Below are positions 30,763 through 39,947 of a stretch of DNA of 64,000 nt, in pieces (positions within the stretch are counted from its first letter, which is position 1; the number at the start of each line of letters is the position of its first letter). Source of the DNA: a virus; IMG/VR virus record IMGVR_UViG_3300021467_000093, positions 4,409 to 68,408 of that record. One strand, written 5' to 3'. A program made the position numbers and the translations under genes. The notes under the pieces are model-generated. The model ran no database searches. It saw nothing but the letters and a program-made list of their open reading frames with translations, and was not told the origin of the DNA.

Positions 30763-33291
30763 ATGTTTATTAACGAGTTTCAGAAAGAGCTATGGGAAGA
30801 TAAATACCAGTATAATAACGAATTGTTTGAAGATTATTGTCACCGTATAAGTTTTACTATTTTTAAAGATGATAAGCAAAAACAAAAGATATTATATGAT
30901 AGATTATATAACTTTGAAGTATTATTTGGTGGTAGGATAAATGCAAATATAGGTATTAGTGAAGAAGGATTGACTTTATTTAATTGTTTTATACTACCTA
31001 CTCCTGCAGGATCTGATTCGTTAGAAGGTATTTTTGATCTTGCTGAAAAATATGCGCTAACATTGAAGAGTGAAGGCGGCGCTGGTTTTTGCAGTAATTT
31101 TTTAAGGCCTAGAAATACGCTGATTAAGAAGATCGGCGTTACTACTCCTGGGCTGGTTAAATTTTTAGAACTATACGACATAAGCTCAAACATTATTACT
31201 TCTGGTAGTGTAGATAAGGAGAATGCTTATCAAGGAGAGCCTACTAAGAAAAGTATACGTAAAGGCGCCACTATGGTAACTATCAGTGTTTGCCATCCTG
31301 AAGTGGTTAATTTTATTACTGCTAAAAGTATTCCAAATAAATTAACTAAAATGAACATGTCTGTGTTAATTACTGACGCATTTATTTATGCTGTCGAAAA
31401 TGATTTAGATTGGAATTTATGGTATCCAGACATACATTTTGAAAAATATGATTCGGAATGGGATGGCGATTTTGAAAAATGGGCAAGTAAAGGCTATCCT
31501 TATGTAATTTATGAAACAGTTAAAGCGAGAGAGTTATGGGATTTATTATTAAAAAATTGCTATAATAGAAACGAGCCCGGTATTATTTTTATCGATACTG
31601 TACGACGTTTTGACAATTTACATTATTTAAAAGATACTAATGTCAATGCATCTAATCCTTGTAGTGAAGTATTTGATAATGTTGGGATTGTCAAATATAA
31701 AGGGAGAGAATATCAAATAGGCGGCGTGTGTAATTTAGGCTCAGTTAATATTACAAAATTTTACGATATGGAAAGTAAAAAATTTGATTATGATGGATTC
31801 ATTGATGCTGCAAAATTATTAGTTGAGGCGCTAGATAATATAATAGATATTTCGAATTATCCATTAGATATTTATGAAAATGGAGCTAAACTTAAACGAA
31901 AAGTTGGTGTAGGGATTGCTGGTATAGGGTCATTAATGATGATGATGGATATACGCTATGGCAGCGAGGAATGTATAGAATTTTTAGACGACCTTGGATA
32001 TAAATTTATAAATGCTTTATATTGTAAATCAGCTGAGTTAGCTCGTGAAAAAGGCCCGTTCCCATTGTATAATAAAAAGGAAATATTTAAGGGCGGTTAT
32101 ATAGCAAATGGCTATTTAAGTGAAGAGACTTTACAGCTAATTAAACAATACGGATTACGAAATAGCGCTGTATCTGCTATAGCGCCTAATGGTTCGTTAG
32201 CGATACTCGCCGGCAATATATCCGGTGGTATTGAACCAGTGTTTGCTAGAGAATATTTTAGGTGGAAAAGAATTACACATAAAAAAATAGATTTTAAATA
32301 TCCAGATATATCTAAAGGAGAATGGTTTGAAACAGATTTTTTTAAATTTTCAAAAGTTGGAGATGAAGAGATTTTAATTTCTAATGATGGTCGATATAGA
32401 ATAGATAAAAATATTGGTTTGTGTGAACAAACTCTTGTTAAGGATTATGGTTATATTTTAGCTGAGAAATATGGTAATAAAAATATAGCAACTGCAAAGG
32501 AGTTATCAATTGAGGAGCATTTAAGAGTTTTGGCTACTATGGCGAAATATGTGGATTTAAGTATATCAAAAACTATTAATTTACCAGAAAATATAACATT
32601 TGATGAGTTTAAAGATGTATACTCTAATATTTTTAAATTGGGTATTAAGGGATGCACTGTATATAGAGAAGGTAGCTCCGTTGCAGTTTTGGAATCTACT
32701 AAGAAAACCCATGAAAAAGATATTAAACAGCAACAAGAGGAGTTTTTAGAAGCGTTTGAAAATCAAAAAGGGAATGGAGTAGTAAAGCACGTTAAGCTGC
32801 CAGATAAATATCCGGCTTTTGGGTATATATTACGGAGTGAAGGCAAGAAATGGTATGTACATGTAGCATTTAAAGATAAGGCATTAACTAAACCTTTCGC
32901 TATTTTTGTGAATACCAATAGTAGAGAAGACAATATATCGACATTTAATACATTAGATAAGCTAGAAGAATTGGCCAGGTCTAAAGGCCTAGATCCAGAA
33001 TTGATTGAAGAAGTGAAAGTAAAATATTCATATCAAAAGAACCCAGTAAAAATTTGTAGAATGTTGGGATTTCTTTTGAGACATAACGTGGATATTATAG
33101 ATATAGTAAAGACTATGGATCTAGTTGAGCAGGCTATACCAGGTACGTTTGTACATCGTATGAAGAAATTTTTGGCTCAATTTATAACAGAGATAGGCGA
33201 TCCAGTATTATGCCCAAACTGTAATACTAAAGGGTTAGTATTTCAAGAAGGATGTTATTTATGCACAAATTGTGGCTATACTAAGTGTTAG
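30763..33291 (+). CDS. nrdJ: Ribonucleotide reductase, probably class II (B12-dependent), with C-terminal zinc ribbon
   Basis: TLFNC, NPCSE, CNLGS, IAPNG, SISKTIN; C-terminal CPNC..CTNCGYTKC; no nrdB nearby. Confidence 0.85.
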   Translation: MFINEFQKELWEDKYQYNNELFEDYCHRISFTIFKDDKQKQKILYDRLYNFEVLFGGRINANIGISEEGLTLFNCFILPTPAGSDSLEGIFDLAEKYALTLKSEGGAGFCSNFLRPRNTLIKKIGVTTPGLVKFLELYDISSNIITSGSVDKENAYQGEPTKKSIRKGATMVTISVCHPEVVNFITAKSIPNKLTKMNMSVLITDAFIYAVENDLDWNLWYPDIHFEKYDSEWDGDFEKWASKGYPYVIYETVKARELWDLLLKNCYNRNEPGIIFIDTVRRFDNLHYLKDTNVNASNPCSEVFDNVGIVKYKGREYQIGGVCNLGSVNITKFYDMESKKFDYDGFIDAAKLLVEALDNIIDISNYPLDIYENGAKLKRKVGVGIAGIGSLMMMMDIRYGSEECIEFLDDLGYKFINALYCKSAELAREKGPFPLYNKKEIFKGGYIANGYLSEETLQLIKQYGLRNSAVSAIAPNGSLAILAGNISGGIEPVFAREYFRWKRITHKKIDFKYPDISKGEWFETDFFKFSKVGDEEILISNDGRYRIDKNIGLCEQTLVKDYGYILAEKYGNKNIATAKELSIEEHLRVLATMAKYVDLSISKTINLPENITFDEFKDVYSNIFKLGIKGCTVYREGSSVAVLESTKKTHEKDIKQQQEEFLEAFENQKGNGVVKHVKLPDKYPAFGYILRSEGKKWYVHVAFKDKALTKPFAIFVNTNSREDNISTFNTLDKLEELARSKGLDPELIEEVKVKYSYQKNPVKICRMLGFLLRHNVDIIDIVKTMDLVEQAIPGTFVHRMKKFLAQFITEIGDPVLCPNCNTKGLVFQEGCYLCTNCGYTKC

Positions 33292-33300
33292 GAGGGCGTC

Positions 33301-33597
33301 ATGGCAAAGGTAAGATGTAAATATTGTAAATATGAAGAGTCTGGAAGGTGCATTAAAAAGAAATCCACGGTTAAATTAAATAAAAGACGAAAGTGTGAAT
33401 TGTATAGTGGTGATCAACAGAAAATTGCTGCATCTGAAGTTAAAATAAATAAAGCTGAAACATTTAAAGTTACAACTGAATCTTCATCTAATATTAGCTC
33501 TGGCTTAGATTTTTCTAAATTTAGAACGACTGTAGATATGAAACACCCATTAACAGGAAATTTGAATAAATTTATAAAAGGTGATTATCATGAGTAA
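33301..33597 (+). CDS. Hypothetical Cys-containing protein
   Basis: 98 aa ORF with SD ggagg. Confidence 0.65.
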   Translation: MAKVRCKYCKYEESGRCIKKKSTVKLNKRRKCELYSGDQQKIAASEVKINKAETFKVTTESSSNISSGLDFSKFRTTVDMKHPLTGNLNKFIKGDYHE

Positions 33598-33797
33598 TTG
33601 TCGTATATGCAACACAGAACTTACTTCTGTTGATACGGGCGGAATTTGTCGTTATTGTAAACAATCTCTAATTTATGGGTGCGCCAATTTAAATTTTGGT
33701 TGGGTTTGCCCTAAGTGTGGAAGGGCGTTTTCATTCTTTTATAGTCGAATGTTATTATTGTAATGCAAATATTCCAAGAGAGGATACTAATGAATAA
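33590..33797 (+). pseudogene. Small zinc-binding protein with apparent +1 frameshift near 33733-33740
   Basis: The first frame gives GWVCPKCGRAFS. The +1 frame continues FIVECYYCN...TNE* and overlaps the rnhB start. Confidence 0.5.
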
Positions 33798-34389
33798 AGT
33801 TTCTCTTAATTTTGAATTAAAATACAGAGATTTAGGATATAAATACATTATAGGTGTAGATGAGGCAGGGGCTGGTTGTTTGGCAGGTCCGTTAGTCGTA
33901 GCTGCTGTACACATACCGGAAGGATTTGATATTACTGGTATTAAGGATTCAAAAAAGTTAACGCCGAAGAAGCGCGAGGAAATGGCATCGCGGTTGATGA
34001 ATAACTGCGAATTTAGGATAGTAGAAATAAATGAAAAATTAATAGACGAGATTAATATAAGGAATGCACGAATGGTAGGTATGGGACATGTAATAAATCA
34101 AATAGAAGAGGCTGATTTAGCATTAATAGATGGTGATTTTATACCTGAATTTATAGATGTTCATGCCGTACCAATTATTAATGGTGATAATTTGTCTGCT
34201 TCTATCGCGGCGGCTAGTATAATTGCTAAAGTACATAGAGATTCATTAATGATGACTTTTCATAAAAAATATCCTGTGTATGGGTGGGATAAGAATAAAG
34301 GTTACGGTACGCAACAACATAGAGATGCATTAAAGGAATATGGCCCTTCCCCATTACATAGGAAAAGTTTCAAAGGTGTTTTACAGTAA
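33790..34389 (+). CDS. rnhB: Ribonuclease HII
   Basis: GVDEAGAGCLAGP, DSKKLT, LIDG, IAAASIIAKVHRD, KGYGT, HRKSF. Confidence 0.95.
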   Translation: MNKVSLNFELKYRDLGYKYIIGVDEAGAGCLAGPLVVAAVHIPEGFDITGIKDSKKLTPKKREEMASRLMNNCEFRIVEINEKLIDEINIRNARMVGMGHVINQIEEADLALIDGDFIPEFIDVHAVPIINGDNLSASIAAASIIAKVHRDSLMMTFHKKYPVYGWDKNKGYGTQQHRDALKEYGPSPLHRKSFKGVLQ

Positions 34390-34412
34390 AATTAGTAAAA
34401 GGGGGGTTATTC

Positions 34413-34655
34413 ATGTCTAAATTATATGATAGAAATATACCTGATGCTAAGTTTTATCAATCTTCGGCACATATTGGTGCCAAAGGTTATAATCCTACAC
34501 GCATAGAGTATTATGGAAGTGACGATAAGATAGTAAGAATTGAGGAAATTTTTGATGGTAAAAAATATGCTCAAACCATATCTGGTTCTGGTTATGCGCA
34601 ACAATGGCCAAATTACTCATATTCAATAACATATTATCCATGGGAAGAAGTTTAA
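34413..34655 (+). CDS. Hypothetical protein
   Basis: 80 aa ORF with G-rich SD. Confidence 0.6.
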   Translation: MSKLYDRNIPDAKFYQSSAHIGAKGYNPTRIEYYGSDDKIVRIEEIFDGKKYAQTISGSGYAQQWPNYSYSITYYPWEEV

Positions 34656-34673
34656 TAGGAGGCCTATTTATTT

Positions 34674-34928
34674 ATGCAAATAATCAGTTACGATAATAAA
34701 ATATTATCATTTTACTGTGAGCATTGTGATATTCATGGTGAGTATGATTTATCCTCTATTTTGACTGACAATTGTGTAGTAGATGTCGATGTTATTTGTG
34801 ATAAATGTGGGGATTCTAATGTTGTATATATATTGATATGTTATGATCAGAGTATAGCTCCACTTTTGGAAGCTAAATTAGCTAGCATAAAGGAAGAGAG
34901 GTATATTACTAATGGCAATAACACCTAA
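34674..34928 (+). CDS. Hypothetical zinc-binding protein
   Basis: CEHC, CDKC; SD aggagg. Confidence 0.6.
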   Translation: MQIISYDNKILSFYCEHCDIHGEYDLSSILTDNCVVDVDVICDKCGDSNVVYILICYDQSIAPLLEAKLASIKEERYITNGNNT

Positions 34929-35106
34929 ACATAAAACTGAAATTTTAGAGGATAAAATTAATTCGCAAAAGAATGAGCTAAAACAATTAGAAGAAGCGTT
35001 ATTAGATGTAATTATAGATTCTATGAATTTATTAACTAGTATAGACAGTTTATATAAGCTGCAGGACGTAGTAAATGATTTAATAAGTAAATGGAGCGAC
35101 ACTTAA
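34912..35106 (+). CDS. Hypothetical coiled-coil protein
   Basis: 64 aa ORF with SD gagg. Confidence 0.55.
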   Translation: MAITPKHKTEILEDKINSQKNELKQLEEALLDVIIDSMNLLTSIDSLYKLQDVVNDLISKWSDT

Positions 35107-35122
35107 ATTTAGGAGGGAATTA

Positions 35123-35617
35123 ATGAAAAACGTAGATTGGGATAGTTTCTTTATGTCTATGGTTTATCTGGTGGCTTCAAGAAGTAAAGACGCAAAAACA
35201 CATGTTGGAGCTGTTATTGTAGGACAGAATAATGAGGTTAGGTCAGTGGGGTATAATAGTTTTCCTCGTAAAATAAACGATAATGTACCAGAAAGGCAAG
35301 AACGCCCTGAAAAATACTATTGGTTTGCGCACGCTGAAGCGAATGCTATTGCTAATGCTGCACTAGTAGGTACGCCTATAAAAAATTGTAAATTATATAC
35401 GAATGGAGTGCCATGCAGTTCCTGTGCTTTAATTGTAATTAATAGTGGAATTTCAGAAATTATAGTGGATAAGTATTGGGACGATTTAAATTCCGAATTA
35501 TGGAGAGAGCAGGCAGAAAGGTCTCTTGTTATGTTTGATGAAGCTGGAGTTAAAGTTAGGTATTGGATAGGCGATTTATTAAATATACAGAGGTTTAGAA
35601 ATGGTAAATTTATATAA
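35123..35617 (+). CDS. dCMP deaminase (ComEB-like)
   Basis: VGAVIV, GYN, HAEANA, PCSSCA. Confidence 0.92.
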   Translation: MKNVDWDSFFMSMVYLVASRSKDAKTHVGAVIVGQNNEVRSVGYNSFPRKINDNVPERQERPEKYYWFAHAEANAIANAALVGTPIKNCKLYTNGVPCSSCALIVINSGISEIIVDKYWDDLNSELWREQAERSLVMFDEAGVKVRYWIGDLLNIQRFRNGKFI

Positions 35618-35641
35618 ATTTAATATAAATAAGGAGACCAT

Positions 35642-36193
35642 ATGCTTAATAATAAACTTTTGCCTCGTCGACAAGTGTATTCTACTAAGTATAAAAAGAG
35701 TGTTAAAACTAAGGAGGAGTTTGTTAAGAAGTTTAATTACTATTTATTAAAAAAATATGCGCGTGTAGAATTACGTATTCCTAATACTAATATTTTCAAT
35801 TATGATTTGTCAAAGAAAATTTCATATGATTTAGTTTTGATAGGGAAGTATAAACGAAAGAAAAATAATATAAATGAATGTATTTTAGCTAATATTATAT
35901 TAAAATTTATTAATAAGCCCAATTTTAATAAGTCTACTGAATTAAGAATAGATGCAACGGAATTAGATAGGTTATCAACTGTTCCACTTACATTTTTAAT
36001 TTTGATTAATCATGATAATGTTTATTTGTTAAATGTGAAACATATAAATAAATATAAAATATTAGATAATGGATATGCTATTTTAGCCCGTAGAGAAAAT
36101 TATAAAGCTAAATGGCCATTATATGTTAAATGTGGCTGGAAGAAAGTTTTTTCTGAAATGGAAAAAATTATAAAAAAATCAAATTTTTTGTAA
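35642..36193 (+). CDS. Hypothetical basic protein
   Basis: 183 aa ORF with SD aaggag. Confidence 0.65.
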   Translation: MLNNKLLPRRQVYSTKYKKSVKTKEEFVKKFNYYLLKKYARVELRIPNTNIFNYDLSKKISYDLVLIGKYKRKKNNINECILANIILKFINKPNFNKSTELRIDATELDRLSTVPLTFLILINHDNVYLLNVKHINKYKILDNGYAILARRENYKAKWPLYVKCGWKKVFSEMEKIIKKSNFL

Positions 36194-36200
36194 AAAAAGG

Positions 36201-36229
36201 TTTACAAAATTAAAAAAATATTTTATAAT
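36201..36229 (+). promoter_or_regulatory. sigma70-type promoter
   Basis: TTTACA-N17-TATAAT. Confidence 0.75.
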
Positions 36230-36238
36230 ATAAGTGAT

Positions 36239-36265
36239 GGGGTTAGTGTTTTATACACTAACCCC
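36239..36265 (+). other. Perfect 11-bp hairpin directly after the promoter (5' stabiliser, attenuator or terminator)
   Basis: GGGGTTAGTGT-TTTAT-ACACTAACCCC followed by TTTAT. Confidence 0.6.
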
Positions 36266-36291
36266 TTTATACTAATGAGGAGGGAAATACT

Positions 36292-36804
36292 ATGACTAGC
36301 GAGTTCGATTTTTATCAAATTACACCTGGAGAGCTTGGAAAAGATTGGGAATTTCAAGGCGACCAAGTACATATGAATAGGGCGCCTTCAGATAAAATAT
36401 CCAATTCAGAATATTATTTTGTGGGCAGCCGTATGGCTGTAGATAGAACTAAAGTAGTTTTTGGGTATGATAGGAAAGAGAATCCTGAAAGAGAAATTAA
36501 TGATGGATTTTTAGGTTTTGGCGTAGATTGGTCTCTTTTTAATTACAATCCATACGGTGGACGTGGAGACGGGAAAAATCCTAATTTCAGAGTTCTTAAT
36601 GATTGGTTACAAATTACAGGTCTTGGCAACCTCAATGTTGAGACACGAGATGTTATGGACAGGAAAGAAGTAGATGCTTCTGGAATGATGAAGTACTATA
36701 ACTATCCTACTGAAGGGTATAGTTCATTTGGTAAGAAAACTGGTGGAGCCTCTGGCGATAAACGTTGGAAATGGCAAGGTAATACTTGGGTTCCCGGCGA
36801 CTAA
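36292..36804 (+). CDS. Hypothetical protein
   Basis: 170 aa, strong SD gaggaggg, own promoter. Confidence 0.75.
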   Translation: MTSEFDFYQITPGELGKDWEFQGDQVHMNRAPSDKISNSEYYFVGSRMAVDRTKVVFGYDRKENPEREINDGFLGFGVDWSLFNYNPYGGRGDGKNPNFRVLNDWLQITGLGNLNVETRDVMDRKEVDASGMMKYYNYPTEGYSSFGKKTGGASGDKRWKWQGNTWVPGD

Positions 36805-36822
36805 TTAAATAGAATAAAATAG

Positions 36823-36851
36823 TTTACAAAAATTAATTTTTATGTTATAAT
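36823..36851 (+). promoter_or_regulatory. sigma70-type promoter
   Basis: TTTACA-N17-TATAAT, extended TG. Confidence 0.8.
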
Positions 36852-36871
36852 ATAGACAGGAGGCTCGTATA

Positions 36872-37090
36872 GTGGAAACCGATGATCAAGCCACCTCATA
36901 TACCTGTGTAGTTTGTGGCATTAAATGGGGTGGTAAACAGGAAAACAATACATCTGGTATTTGCATCAAATGTTTTGCTAAATGGGCTATTAAAAATTAC
37001 AAATGTTTTGGTAAGTATGGGTCAATGGATAATTGTTTAACATGTAAAATAAGTAAATATTGTAGAGAATATTATGAATCACAACGATAA
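36872..37090 (+). CDS. Small Cys-rich protein
   Basis: CVVC, CIKC, CLTC; SD aggagg before a GTG start. Confidence 0.6.
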   Translation: METDDQATSYTCVVCGIKWGGKQENNTSGICIKCFAKWAIKNYKCFGKYGSMDNCLTCKISKYCREYYESQR

Positions 37091-37271
37091 ATATCCATGT
37101 AATTGTAAAGATATGGTATTTGTTATCGATAATGTTGATCTAATAGATAATTTTGACAAGTATTGGATTATTAAATGGAAGGAATTAGATAAAACGGCTA
37201 AAGGCATAAACATAGAAAATCTAGCTGTACGAATTTATTATTGTCCATTTTGTGGGCGCAAATTAATTTAA
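37074..37271 (+). CDS. Small protein with C-terminal YCPFCGRKL zinc ribbon
   Basis: Common phage C-terminal motif. Confidence 0.65.
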   Translation: MNHNDKYPCNCKDMVFVIDNVDLIDNFDKYWIIKWKELDKTAKGINIENLAVRIYYCPFCGRKLI

Positions 37272-37283
37272 GGAGGAATTATC

Positions 37284-37754
37284 ATGATTAAAGGGAAAAG
37301 GACAAAAACAAGGGAAAGGATTAATAAGGCATTAAAATATTTGGATAGGCGCAAAGTAAAAGAGGCATTAAAACAGTTTGAATTAGCTATTAGAGAAGGG
37401 GACGGTCATAAACTGGAACGTGATGTGGCTGCGTGGTGGATGTATAATTTAGCTAAATATAGACGTGAATGGAAAAAAAGAAGGTACGGAAATGCTCATA
37501 TTTATGACTATGATGAAGTAAATGCTTGGGCTGCTTGGTCTGATATAGAAATAGCGGTAGTACTTACCGCACCTAATACACGACGAATTAATAATTATCT
37601 TACGAGATTTTTAGGAAGAAACATTGAAGCTATACGTTTTCAAAGACGATACGCTCATGGACAACCACTTAAATCATGGCAAAATGAAAGTGGCGAGCGT
37701 TATGTACGATATACACAAAACAAAGTGGTGAGGACAAAATTAGGGTTCTGTTAA
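37284..37754 (+). CDS. Hypothetical basic protein
   Basis: 156 aa, SD aaggagg. Confidence 0.7.
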   Translation: MIKGKRTKTRERINKALKYLDRRKVKEALKQFELAIREGDGHKLERDVAAWWMYNLAKYRREWKKRRYGNAHIYDYDEVNAWAAWSDIEIAVVLTAPNTRRINNYLTRFLGRNIEAIRFQRRYAHGQPLKSWQNESGERYVRYTQNKVVRTKLGFC

Positions 37755-37755
37755 G

Positions 37756-37908
37756 TGTAACAGTGCTCTGTGGCAGCCGGAACACAATGATAGTATTATA
37801 TACATTGTCCTAACATTGTGCTATGACGATAGGCTGCATCGACATAGCGTGGTGTTCCGCAGAGCGCTGTCTACATATAGTGTGGCGAAGATTGAATTTT
37901 CGCCACAC
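37756..37908 (+). ncRNA. Candidate structured ncRNA (three-way junction with pseudoknot, plus 3' hairpin), family unrecognised
   Basis: GC-rich intergenic island. Long helices with G-U pairs; loop GGCTGC complementary to GCAGCC; terminal hairpin GTGTGGCGAA...TTCGCCACAC. Confidence 0.65.
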
Positions 37909-37975
37909 ATTATAAAAATTTAAATTTCTTAGCGCATGTGAGAGTGCTGGAATTGTAAAAAATGAAAGGATGTAA

Positions 37976-38332
37976 ATGGTAAACGATAAAAAAAATATAT
38001 TAGTGGTTGACTTTTTAATTAACCGCATTATATTTTTTATCGAAGCGTTTGGACATTATAACTTGGATGTTATAGAAAATAGTGAAGGGGCCATTGAATA
38101 TTTAAAAAGTAAAACTTATGATTATGTTTTATTGAGCGGTAATTTAGCAAATGGAGATACTTGTTTGAGGGTAGCCGAGTTTTTATACGATAATCCCTCT
38201 ATAAATAACACAGCAGAAGTAATTATATACACATGGAATTTAGAAGTAGCGGATAAGATACTTTCATTATTGTCGAAAGCGAAGTATTTACCTTTTAACA
38301 CAAAAATATTTTCTACGCTTTTACTAGATTAA
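37976..38332 (+). CDS. Receiver-domain-like protein lacking the phospho-acceptor Asp
   Basis: KNILVVD...AIEYLKSKTYDYVLLSGNL...VAEFL...VIIYT receiver-type pattern. Confidence 0.55.
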   Translation: MVNDKKNILVVDFLINRIIFFIEAFGHYNLDVIENSEGAIEYLKSKTYDYVLLSGNLANGDTCLRVAEFLYDNPSINNTAEVIIYTWNLEVADKILSLLSKAKYLPFNTKIFSTLLLD

Positions 38333-38336
38333 TGTA

Positions 38337-38363
38337 GTTGCACCCAACTGATGAGGGTGCACA
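38337..38363 (+). promoter_or_regulatory. CIRCE-like inverted repeat upstream of the Hsp20 gene
   Basis: GTTGCACCC-N9-GGGTGCACA versus canonical TTAGCACTC-N9-GAGTGCTAA. Confidence 0.4.
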
Positions 38364-38391
38364 AATAAAATAAATAAAGGAGGTGTCTGTT

Positions 38392-38868
38392 ATGATGAAA
38401 GATCTGATTCCTGTGTTCGGCTCTACGAGCGCTCCAGCTATCAGACGTTTCAGAGACAGGTTGGATTCTTTGTTTGATCAATTTTTTGAGGATTTTTTAG
38501 ATTTTGATCTGGCTATGTTTGATGGTTTGCAACCCAAGACTTCATTTCCAAAAGTCAATGTAATAGAGTCCGACGATAAATATGAAGTGGAAGTTGCTAT
38601 AGCGGGATTTGATAAGGACGATATTAAATTAGAGCTGAAAGATAATGATTTATTTATACAAGGAAGTAAACAAGAAGATCAACATGATGAAAATAAGAAA
38701 TTCTTACGTAGAGAAATATCGTCTAGAGCATTTAAACGTATTATAAGATTACCATCTAAAATTGACACAGATTCAATAAAGGCGGAATATAAGAATGGTA
38801 TTATTAAGATAGTGATTGATAAGGATAAAGTTGAGGAACCTAATAAAATAGAAATTAAAGTCGAATAA
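38392..38868 (+). CDS. Small heat shock protein Hsp20/IbpA family
   Basis: FPKVNVIE, AIAGFDKDDI, RREISSRAFKR, AEYKNGII. Confidence 0.93.
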   Translation: MMKDLIPVFGSTSAPAIRRFRDRLDSLFDQFFEDFLDFDLAMFDGLQPKTSFPKVNVIESDDKYEVEVAIAGFDKDDIKLELKDNDLFIQGSKQEDQHDENKKFLRREISSRAFKRIIRLPSKIDTDSIKAEYKNGIIKIVIDKDKVEEPNKIEIKVE

Positions 38869-38969
38869 ATAAATGGAGTATGGAATGAAAAATTAATGGA
38901 CAATAGCCACATCTTAAGATTTAAACATAGGTGTGGCTATTGTTTTTGAAAAGGAAAGGAGCTAAAATT

Positions 38970-39437
38970 ATGGGAAGGTATTATGAAGCGGATGAGGGAG
39001 TTTATGCAGTATTAAGGGAATTAATTAATACTAGATTCAATGGTTTGAGAAATACAAACTTTAAAATTTTAATGGATACAAAACCAAAAATTGATAAATT
39101 ATTAGGGAAAATAGTATTTGCTTATGTTAAGTTACCTAATGAAGTAGAACGATATTTAACTACAGAAATCGAAAATAGAGAAGTGGACTACTTTATTTTT
39201 GTTAGTGATTTGGTATGGAGTTTAGCTAGCGATAAAGATAAAAAACGTATTTTATCTCATGAATTAAGGCATTGTTTTATAGATGAAAAAGGTAATTATA
39301 AAATTATTAAACACGATATTGAGGATTTCTACGAAGAGTTAAAATTGAATGAAGATGACCCAATGTGGGCTCAATCATTGGGTACGATTGCTATAACAAA
39401 ATACGAACAATTAAAAGCAGAGGCAAAACAAAAATAA
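38970..39437 (+). CDS. Putative phage metallopeptidase
   Basis: ILSHELRHC (HExxH) and KHDIEDF. Confidence 0.7.
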   Translation: MGRYYEADEGVYAVLRELINTRFNGLRNTNFKILMDTKPKIDKLLGKIVFAYVKLPNEVERYLTTEIENREVDYFIFVSDLVWSLASDKDKKRILSHELRHCFIDEKGNYKIIKHDIEDFYEELKLNEDDPMWAQSLGTIAITKYEQLKAEAKQK

Positions 39438-39449
39438 AGGAGAAGCATT

Positions 39450-39908
39450 ATGAGGGAATTTAGTGGAAAAGAAGAATTAATTGACAATTGGAATAAAGTA
39501 ATAATTGCAATTGTCAAGGCACAGAGTGGTGAAAGTAATGTGCGGTATTTAAAAAAGGATGATAAAGTAATAGGATTGAATGTCGAAGTTGTTTTGCAAT
39601 TTGGAGAGGCTCTGCAAGAAAAAGAATTAGACAATTACGATAAAATTTTAGCAGAAGCGAAAAAAGAGGCTGATCAATTATTGTTAAATAAAGGAGAGGT
39701 AACATCCAAACAAAGAGTTCTAATTGACTCTATTCTTGTTCGAAACGCAATTATCAAAGCTGAAACTGGAGAACTAAAAATAAATATGCATAAAAATAAT
39801 GCTGCTGGTGGGCTTTTAGTAGGGCTGTCTGCTGATTTAGTCGTAAATTTTGCAGAGCCGTTAGAAATGCTAGACTTAAACGAGCAAACTGAGATAAGCG
39901 GCGAATAA
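39450..39908 (+). CDS. Hypothetical protein with internal duplication
   Basis: AIVKAQSGE...IGLNVEVVLQFGEAL resembles AIIKAETGE...VGLSADLVVNFAEPL. Confidence 0.65.
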   Translation: MREFSGKEELIDNWNKVIIAIVKAQSGESNVRYLKKDDKVIGLNVEVVLQFGEALQEKELDNYDKILAEAKKEADQLLLNKGEVTSKQRVLIDSILVRNAIIKAETGELKINMHKNNAAGGLLVGLSADLVVNFAEPLEMLDLNEQTEISGE

Positions 39909-39947
39909 ATAAACTAACTATTTATTTATAGAAGTTATATTTAAATC

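Noticed and set aside
37929-37950. TTAGCGCAT...GAGTGCTGG, resembling CIRCE half-sites
   Set aside because: Spacing is about 4 nt rather than 9, and the downstream gene is not a chaperone.
37810-38028. 72-aa minus-strand ORF across the GC-rich intergenic island
   Set aside because: It runs against the uniform gene orientation and has no motif; the base-pairing pattern explains the region better as a + strand RNA.
38346-38356. CTGATGAG, the hammerhead ribozyme core
   Set aside because: No stem II followed by GAAA and no compatible stems; it lies in the loop of a simple inverted repeat.
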